Below are positions 58,325 through 64,000 of a stretch of DNA of 64,000 bases, in pieces. This DNA comes from a virus, in IMG/VR virus record IMGVR_UViG_3300021963_000030; one strand, 5' to 3'. Made by a program: the position numbers and the translations under genes. The notes under the pieces were generated by a model that saw only the letters and a list, made by a program, of their open reading frames with translations, was not told the origin of the DNA and made no database searches. How positions within the stretch are numbered: position 1 is the first letter of the stretch; the number at the start of each line of letters is the position of its first letter.

Positions 58325-59089
58325 TTAGAATCTTTGTTTTAGTATCTTTTTACTATCTTGTAAAATGTCTGGATCAAAGGCTTTTGGTCCACGATTTATA
58401 TATCCTTTGCCTGAGGTAAATGTGCAGTTATAACACAATAGTCTCATGTTTTCCAACTTGTGATTTTTATTGTTACCATCTTCAAAGTTTAACAACAAAG
58501 GCAATTTACCATCGGTCAATCTACGTTCGCCATAACCACATTGTTCACACTCTGGCTTTTTGATACCAGCACGTATAAGTTTATCCTTCAAACGATGAAC
58601 TGGAAATTCTGGATACAATCCCTTGACAATTTCTGTGACTGGATATTTGCCTTTGTAAGGATCAATTGGACCACGATGTTTTCTGGTAGGATCGGCTGGA
58701 TCTTTCTTTTTGATAGGCCAACCAGGTGTTTTGTGAATGCCATATATTCTGGCATACTTTTTGAATGTTGGATAACTAACACCCAATCGCTTTGCTGCCT
58801 TTCGTGCGGATGGAGATTTTTCCAATGCTTCACGCACTTCACTTTCCATGAGGGGTCTTGTCTTAGGACCGTTAGCACCTCTTCTTGGATACAATTGGTC
58901 ACTGAACTCTTTGTCCAAGTGTGGTATCTCGACCCCACGGTCTCTAAGAACTTTGTATTGGTCCAATTCTTTTCTAACATCTTCACCAATCCTATTGAGT
59001 GAATACAACTCTTCAACCTTGGCCTTTAATGCCTCAAGTTCTTGTAACTTACTATTGATCTCTTTTATATCAAATTCTTCGGTGTTCAT
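58325..59089 (-). CDS. coiled-coil, HTH and degenerate HNH zinc-finger protein
   Basis: SARKAAKRLGVSYPTFKKYA; CEQC...LLLNFEDGNNKNHKLENMRLLCYNC. Confidence 0.75.
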   Translation of the reverse strand: MNTEEFDIKEINSKLQELEALKAKVEELYSLNRIGEDVRKELDQYKVLRDRGVEIPHLDKEFSDQLYPRRGANGPKTRPLMESEVREALEKSPSARKAAKRLGVSYPTFKKYARIYGIHKTPGWPIKKKDPADPTRKHRGPIDPYKGKYPVTEIVKGLYPEFPVHRLKDKLIRAGIKKPECEQCGYGERRLTDGKLPLLLNFEDGNNKNHKLENMRLLCYNCTFTSGKGYINRGPKAFDPDILQDSKKILKQRF

Positions 59090-59463
59090 GATTTCAAAGA
59101 TGCTGATAGAGGTTCGTATGCCAGATCCACTTTCACGTTTTGTAAAAATACTCGTCGTAAATTTTCTGCTCTTTTAGGCATCCCAGCGTTTTGTAATACC
59201 TTGTATGTGTTGATATATCTTTCTTTTTCTTTTGGATTGGTTAGATTGTGACATACCATTATTGGATTTACAAATAAATTAGAATGGTTTGCAGCTTCGA
59301 ATAAAAATGGATTGTTACTTACTTTTTGTATTTTTTGTTCGATTGCTTGTGTGCATGCCTCTACATAACAATCATCAAAAATACTACCGTCCACCTCTAT
59401 TACAGATGCCCAATCAGCAGTCAACACTTTGTATTTTTTGATATTACTCTTTTTCTTTGACAT
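59086..59463 (-). CDS. hypothetical protein
   Basis: 125-aa ORF in operon context. Confidence 0.65.
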   Translation of the reverse strand: MSKKKSNIKKYKVLTADWASVIEVDGSIFDDCYVEACTQAIEQKIQKVSNNPFLFEAANHSNLFVNPIMVCHNLTNPKEKERYINTYKVLQNAGMPKRAENLRRVFLQNVKVDLAYEPLSASLKS

Positions 59464-61069
59464 AGGTTAAATCTCCATCGTTCAATAAATCAAGGTTTTC
59501 TAGTTTTTGATTAACGATTTTACATACTTCTTCTTCGATAGTATTAGCAACGAATACAATTTTTTGTATACTCTTTGTCTTGGCACTATCACGCCAAACT
59601 CTACCAGTAGATTGACGCATCAATACCGCTGAATATGATGGACATATGAGTGAGATTCTAGGATATTTTCCGTTCAAATCATGCAAACTCAATCCTGCAC
59701 CACCAGCTGCAATATTAATCAAAATTATTCTTTCTTTGTCTGCTTGAAAATCATCAACAGCTTGTTGACGTTTCTTGTCACTTACAACACCGTTGACAAT
59801 ACACTTGGTATTTAGTCTATCACTCAACGCATTTATAGTCTCGGTAAAATTACAGAATATTGCAACACTCATACCATTTTCGATTGCTTCTTCTGCCATT
59901 TCTATAATCAAAGGAACCTTGAACATTTCGACCTTTTGTCGTGCTCTCAAGATAGCAGTCATCTTGGTTTGACCTTTGTCTTTCTTAAGCAACTTTTCGA
60001 TCTTCAATAATTCCAATCGCATTTCGTCATAAACGGTATTGATCTTCTCAACATCTTCCTTATCCATTTCGTAGGTTTCAGCAGATATTTGACTTTCTGG
60101 AAAGTTTGGAATTGTGTCACGGGTAAGTCTTACACCACGGTTGACAAATATGTCTTCATGTAGTTTCATCAACGATTTTTTGTCACCGGTAAATTCTAAA
60201 CCAAATCGACCCTTTACAACACCATGATCATATAACCAATTGTAATATTGTTGATTACCTTTGAATAATTGAATACCTTGTCCTACAGTTCGTAACTCAA
60301 GTGGATTGGTTGCCATTGTTGCAGAACAAAACAACATCTTATATCCCGATTTCAATGCAGCTAAACAAGTTTCACTATTTTTCGTCTTGGCATTCTTTAA
60401 CTTTTGTGCTTCGTCCCAAACTATCAATGTAGATTTTGGTATCTTCCAGACAAACTCTTTGCGACGAGTGTCTCTACGTTTTACATACGAAGCAATCAAA
60501 CTATCGGTTTTTCCTATACGTAGGGCTTCATAATTGATAATGCCAACACACTTACCCCACATCTTAAAGTGGTTCTTGATGACTCGTTTCCAACTTTCCT
60601 TAACTGCTTTAGGACATACAACCAGTATATCCATGTCTAGTTCTCTTGCTACACCACAAGCAGTATAGGTCTTGCCAACGCCTACATCACTTCCGTCAAC
60701 ACCAGCACCCCATTTTTGTATAGAAGATACCAACTTACCTACAGCTGTGACTTGCCATGGACGTAATCCGTCTTGGTGTTTTACATCGTAATTTGGTAAT
60801 GGTTCTACCTTTTTTGACGTTTGTTTTGATTCTTTCTTACTGAAGAAATCGTTTGGATCATCATGAACTTCTAACAACACCCAATCTAGATCACGTTTAA
60901 CTACGGCAAATCCTCGTTCTTTCATGGTGAACTTGTTTGCTTTCCACCATGAAAAGAAGTGGGGACGATATTGAATGGGAATAACCCACTCACGGACATA
61001 ATATGTTTTGCCGCCTTCGTCTATCTTAATTGGATCTGTCCATTTGATGTCCAAATTAATCATACTCAA
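59444..61069 (-). CDS. SF2 (SNF2/DEAD-like) helicase
   Basis: DVGVGKT, WDEAQ, SAT, AAGGAGLSL, QSTGRVWR. Confidence 0.92.
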   Translation of the reverse strand: MSMINLDIKWTDPIKIDEGGKTYYVREWVIPIQYRPHFFSWWKANKFTMKERGFAVVKRDLDWVLLEVHDDPNDFFSKKESKQTSKKVEPLPNYDVKHQDGLRPWQVTAVGKLVSSIQKWGAGVDGSDVGVGKTYTACGVARELDMDILVVCPKAVKESWKRVIKNHFKMWGKCVGIINYEALRIGKTDSLIASYVKRRDTRRKEFVWKIPKSTLIVWDEAQKLKNAKTKNSETCLAALKSGYKMLFCSATMATNPLELRTVGQGIQLFKGNQQYYNWLYDHGVVKGRFGLEFTGDKKSLMKLHEDIFVNRGVRLTRDTIPNFPESQISAETYEMDKEDVEKINTVYDEMRLELLKIEKLLKKDKGQTKMTAILRARQKVEMFKVPLIIEMAEEAIENGMSVAIFCNFTETINALSDRLNTKCIVNGVVSDKKRQQAVDDFQADKERIILINIAAGGAGLSLHDLNGKYPRISLICPSYSAVLMRQSTGRVWRDSAKTKSIQKIVFVANTIEEEVCKIVNQKLENLDLLNDGDLTYVKEKE

Positions 61070-61368
61070 TCACCCATTTCAGTCTTAAACTTCTGATTAC
61101 GAGCGTATTCATGGATGTTGCAACGTTTTAGTCTGCCATCTTTTGTAACAATACCAAAATCAACATTCTTGGACATTAATTCTGCGAAGTAAGCACCTTG
61201 ATTGTCATCATAACCATGACCAAGACTTACCATTTCAACCATGTAGTCTTTACGGGTTTGACGGTGAATTCGTGGACAAAGTGTTTCGAGATAAGAAACT
61301 ACTTCTTGAACTGTTTGCTTAAAAACAAGTTGCTTGTTTATATCATCTTTTATATAGTAACGATTCAT
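61066..61368 (-). CDS. hypothetical protein
   Basis: 100-aa ORF with ATGA overlap. Confidence 0.65.
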   Translation of the reverse strand: MNRYYIKDDINKQLVFKQTVQEVVSYLETLCPRIHRQTRKDYMVEMVSLGHGYDDNQGAYFAELMSKNVDFGIVTKDGRLKRCNIHEYARNQKFKTEMGD

Positions 61369-61438
61369 ATATGATAGTGTTTACCATATAAATAGGCATA
61401 AATCAAGAACTATTGATATTATAATTTACAACCGTTAT

Positions 61439-62038
61439 TTAGTCTTGTTCAATTGGAACTGGAGAATACATGTCTCGTTCTGTCTGACCTCTAATAGTTT
61501 GAAAATAACTTACTAGTTTATTTACCAAGTCATCTGCCATAGGTTCTAACCAATCAGCTGCATTAAAATCGGTTGTGCTTGGACCAGCATGAATGGGTTG
61601 TATATTACCTTTTTGAAATTCACTTTGTAGAAACTGTATCAAGTCTGCTTTCAATTCCTGCGCATGACGAATTGTAAATATCTCACTCAAACATTCTTTG
61701 GTATAACTTACTCTTACTGGTGCTTGACCTTTACCACCACTACCTTTTTCTCCTCTACCAGCTTTACGTTGCGCAGACTTTTTTCGTTTTACCCAATTGG
61801 CAATTGCTTTCTTACCACCCTTTGCTCTTAATCTAGCCGCATACTTTTTACCTAAACATGCACTGTAACTACTGCCTTTCTTTGCATCACCACACTTACC
61901 AGCTTTTTTGCCTGTAGAATCGTATCTATCCCACCCACCTCCACTAGCACTACCTACAGATCCTTTACCAAACCAAGCACGCAATCCACCTCTGTAGGTT
62001 TCGTTGATTTGTTTTTCATATTTGGAATAGATGTCCAT
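61439..62038 (-). CDS. basic Gly/Lys-rich modular protein, putative internal virion protein
   Basis: INE|TYRGGLRAWFG...GGWDRY...KCG...CL basic module followed by LSE and an acidic C-terminal module. Confidence 0.65.
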   Translation of the reverse strand: MDIYSKYEKQINETYRGGLRAWFGKGSVGSASGGGWDRYDSTGKKAGKCGDAKKGSSYSACLGKKYAARLRAKGGKKAIANWVKRKKSAQRKAGRGEKGSGGKGQAPVRVSYTKECLSEIFTIRHAQELKADLIQFLQSEFQKGNIQPIHAGPSTTDFNAADWLEPMADDLVNKLVSYFQTIRGQTERDMYSPVPIEQD

Positions 62039-62045
62039 ACTTTGA

Positions 62046-62053
62046 TATAAATA
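62046..62053 (-). promoter_or_regulatory. TATTTATA motif, candidate late promoter
   Basis: 7 nt upstream of the ATG at 62038 on the minus strand. Confidence 0.45.
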
Positions 62054-62104
62054 TGAAAAAGTATAATTAGCGTGTTTATTTTCGTGAATATAGTTGATCT
62101 AAGA

Positions 62105-62117
62105 TATTTATATTTAT
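62105..62117 (+). promoter_or_regulatory. tandem TATTTATATTTAT motif, candidate late promoter
   Basis: 10 nt upstream of the ATG at 62128. Confidence 0.45.
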
Positions 62118-62127
62118 TACTTGAGAT

Positions 62128-62541
62128 ATGCCAAACAAATATGATGTAGTATTTCAACAGAGAGATCCAAACAATACAAGGTTCTTGGAACGTATTGTTT
62201 CGGGATCTAATTTGATAGTTCAGACCAACGCTCAAGGTGTTTTGGTGGGCAGTGTTAATTTACCACCATTTAATATTTCAGGCAGTATTATTTCTGCTTC
62301 GGGTCTATACGTTGATGGTCCTACAAATTTAAATTCCGATCCTGCAAATCCTGTTATAATTTCAAACTTAACAGGACAAACAGGATCGTTTGATAGTATG
62401 TTCTTAAATCCAAACGGATCTGTTTCAGCACCATTGAGTAGTAGTGATTATGGCACAGAAGGAGAATTAAGAACTGACAATAATTTCTTGTATCTATATT
62501 TGAATGGTGCATGGAGACGTGCGCCATACACTTTGTTCTAA
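62128..62541 (+). CDS. putative structural (tail/fibre-type) protein
   Basis: G/S/N-rich; C-terminal GTEGELRTDNNFLYLYLNGAWRR resembles phage fibre terminal motifs. Confidence 0.6.
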   Translation: MPNKYDVVFQQRDPNNTRFLERIVSGSNLIVQTNAQGVLVGSVNLPPFNISGSIISASGLYVDGPTNLNSDPANPVIISNLTGQTGSFDSMFLNPNGSVSAPLSSSDYGTEGELRTDNNFLYLYLNGAWRRAPYTLF

Positions 62542-62617
62542 GAAATATTCTCTGTAAAGTGTTTTACCAAATTACTAAAGAACTTTTCTAGTGACTTTTT
62601 AGTTGGCGCACGTCTCC
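62513..62617. repeat. perfect 14-bp inverted repeat with 77-nt spacer
   Basis: GGAGACGTGCGCCA (62513-62526) and TGGCGCACGTCTCC (62604-62617). Confidence 0.9.
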
Positions 62618-62714
62618 TCGTTTCTTTGAGATAAAAGATGATACGATCTTTTGGCAATTCTACTTCTTGACCCAAGATATTGAGTAGGTATGTTTCTTTT
62701 TGTGATGAAGGCAT
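62538..62714 (-). CDS. small hypothetical protein (58 aa, not in the ORF track)
   Basis: Manual translation MPSSQKETYLLNILGQEVELPKDRIIFYLKETRRRAPTKKSLEKFFSNLVKHFTENIS fills the gap between genes. Confidence 0.55.
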   Translation of the reverse strand: MPSSQKETYLLNILGQEVELPKDRIIFYLKETRRRAPTKKSLEKFFSNLVKHFTENIS

Positions 62715-62758
62715 ATTATCATATATACGATCATCACAAAAATTAAATTCAAATCAAA

Positions 62759-63403
62759 TCAAGTTTTGATCAAAAAGTGATTCCAGTCAATGTGCTTAGC
62801 GTCCTTGATAAGAGCATACATAGGAACTGGTGAAGGAGCCACAGGCTGCTTGAGCAACTTTAGACCCACCTCATTGTTCATACGGTTACCCTTCTTGGAA
62901 TTAACATCCTTGGAACACAACACAAGGTTGGTCCAAGTGTCCTCACCACCCTTACTACGAGGAACAACGTGGTCCACAGTAGCAGAGTGACGGTCAACCT
63001 TCTTACCAGTGTATTGGCAAACACCACCATCACGGTTGTAGATTGCATCCTTGGAAGGCTTGCCCTTGAAGCTCTTGACAGGCATCTTGGTGAAGTTGGT
63101 AGCTATGATGACTGTAGGGACACGAATCATCCTAGTAGGAGTATTGATACTCAAATCCCAACTACGAACTGGAAGAGTCATCCACTCACTCCAAGTGACC
63201 GGATTCATACTCTTTGCCTCATCCAAAATAGGATCACCGTTGGCATCGATCTCATAGTCAATATCTATTGCCAACGAAGTAGGCTTTCCATGGGAGTCAG
63301 CACCACAAAGATCCACGATAGCATCCTTGACGGTCTTGAAACCAACTGGCTGCCAGTTAGCATTAAGATTTAGACAGATTAACTTGTTCGCAACATTGTT
63401 CAT
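62759..63403 (-). CDS. HNH endonuclease (McrA-like)
   Basis: CLNLNANWQP, RDGGVCQYTG, TVDHVVPRSKGG..TWTNLVLC...NSKKGN. Confidence 0.92.
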   Translation of the reverse strand: MNNVANKLICLNLNANWQPVGFKTVKDAIVDLCGADSHGKPTSLAIDIDYEIDANGDPILDEAKSMNPVTWSEWMTLPVRSWDLSINTPTRMIRVPTVIIATNFTKMPVKSFKGKPSKDAIYNRDGGVCQYTGKKVDRHSATVDHVVPRSKGGEDTWTNLVLCSKDVNSKKGNRMNNEVGLKLLKQPVAPSPVPMYALIKDAKHIDWNHFLIKT

Positions 63404-63413
63404 AACTTTATCT

Positions 63414-63441
63414 ATGATACCTCACTTTTTATAAATGTCAA
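63414..63441 (-). promoter_or_regulatory. sigma70-type promoter
   Basis: TTGACA-16nt-TATCAT, 10 nt before ATG 63403. Confidence 0.7.
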
Positions 63442-63751
63442 TAGGAAATTTTTCTTCTGGGTCCAAAGTTTCATCCAACCTTGATTTTGCTATGTTTAAG
63501 TCAATCTTAAACCATTCATTTCGAATTTCCAATGCAAAATGTTTCATCATTTCTTTGATCTTTAGTTCAGCGCCATAACAATCTGGGTGCTGAATATAGT
63601 ATTCTATACGATAATCACGATGTGGTGATGAAGTTTGATAGGTGCGCAAACGACTCTTTATATCATTAGTAACCCCAATCTTGTAGAAATCGGGGAATGC
63701 ACTGTTGCTAATTATATAAATAAACCCTTCTTTGGAACGTTGTTTACCCAT
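63422..63751 (-). CDS. GIY-YIG-like (T5orf172/MUG113) endonuclease
   Basis: GFIYII, YKIGVT, RLRTYQT, AELKIK, RNEWF. Confidence 0.85.
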   Translation of the reverse strand: MGKQRSKEGFIYIISNSAFPDFYKIGVTNDIKSRLRTYQTSSPHRDYRIEYYIQHPDCYGAELKIKEMMKHFALEIRNEWFKIDLNIAKSRLDETLDPEEKFPIDIYKK

Positions 63752-63787
63752 GCTAATAAGTATCCAACAGTCTCCAAAGAAGGGTTT
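63722..63787 (-). promoter_or_regulatory. long RNA hairpin sequestering the start codon of the GIY-YIG-like gene
   Basis: Perfect 15-bp arms (63722-63736 and 63773-63787) plus inner pairing UACUUAU/AUGGGUA covering the AUG. Confidence 0.75.
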
Positions 63788-63821
63788 GGGTGGTTTATTT
63801 ATCTATTACATTGTAACGGAT

Positions 63822-63995
63822 TTAATTATTTTTAAATAGTTCTTTTATACTGACACCGTGTTTGTTTTCTTTGAAAGACCAAATTGATGGTTTCTTTTTT
63901 AGATATAAATCTTGGTTAGCATACACTTCTTTTACACAATTGTCTGTTTTGACAATTACTACTTTGTGTTTACCATATTCATCAAGATGATTCAT
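63822..63995 (-). CDS. small hypothetical protein, possibly 5'-truncated by the window edge
   Basis: Manual translation MNHLDEYGKHKVVIVKTDNC...KELFKNN; frame open to the window end. Confidence 0.5.
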   Translation of the reverse strand: MNHLDEYGKHKVVIVKTDNCVKEVYANQDLYLKKKPSIWSFKENKHGVSIKELFKNN

Positions 63996-64000
63996 AAATT

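Noticed and set aside
61387-61394. T4-consensus TATAAATA late promoter on the plus strand
   Set aside because: No plus-strand gene follows; it fits better as TATTTATA on the minus strand upstream of 61368.
368-63835. Many 60-155 aa ORFs in the track overlapping larger genes (e.g. 15429-15899, 17764-18159, 58541-59002, 62969-63373, 11488-11778)
   Set aside because: Antisense or alternative-frame shadows of well-supported genes, with no motifs or initiation signals.
1-64000. CRISPR arrays, tRNA, rRNA or tmRNA genes
   Set aside because: Intergenic gaps are almost all under 100 nt and none shows direct-repeat arrays or cloverleaf/T-loop motifs by eye; a tRNAscan/Infernal run would be definitive.
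1-64000. Giant eukaryotic virus (NCLDV) origin suggested by the glycosylation genes
   Set aside because: Bacterial sigma70 promoters, ATGA-coupled operons, T4-type clamp/loader and a peptidoglycan lysozyme indicate a bacteriophage.
1-64000. Stop-codon reassignment
   Set aside because: Conserved genes are full length under code 11 and end in TAA, TAG or TGA; the single split gene is a frameshift, not an in-frame stop.

Overview
A gene-dense, AT-rich 64 kb segment of a large tailed bacteriophage (T4-like/jumbo Caudoviricetes, standard genetic code). It is not cellular or NCLDV DNA. The T4-type replication core is present: family-B DNA polymerase, sliding clamp, and both clamp-loader subunits. 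The window also carries a UvsE UV endonuclease, dNMP kinase, dUTPase, a PD-(D/E)XK nuclease, an SF2 helicase, two HNH-fold proteins, a GIY-YIG-like protein, an IscU Fe-S scaffold and a T4-type lysozyme fusion. About 40 kb is glycan biosynthesis (4.2-12.1 kb, 19.2-50.7 kb, and gmd at 56.6 kb), with roughly 25 glycosyltransferase-like genes. The most striking element is at 25.5-30.3 kb: a ValA/AcbC-like sedoheptulose-7-phosphate cyclase (2-epi-5-epi-valiolone synthase type) flanked by a kinase-fold protein, an SDR, two nucleotidyltransferases and a phosphodiesterase-like gene. This looks like a phage-encoded route to an NDP-activated C7-cyclitol (carbasugar) for a virion or host-surface glycan. 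Other highlights are modular polyprotein-like putative internal head proteins punctuated by [ILVM]-x-E protease-type sites, a hairpin burying the start codon of the GIY-YIG-like gene, a candidate late-promoter motif TATTTAT(A), leaderless sigma70-type promoters, and a GT4 gene split by a 1-nt frameshift. All family assignments are by motif recognition by eye; no database searches were run.
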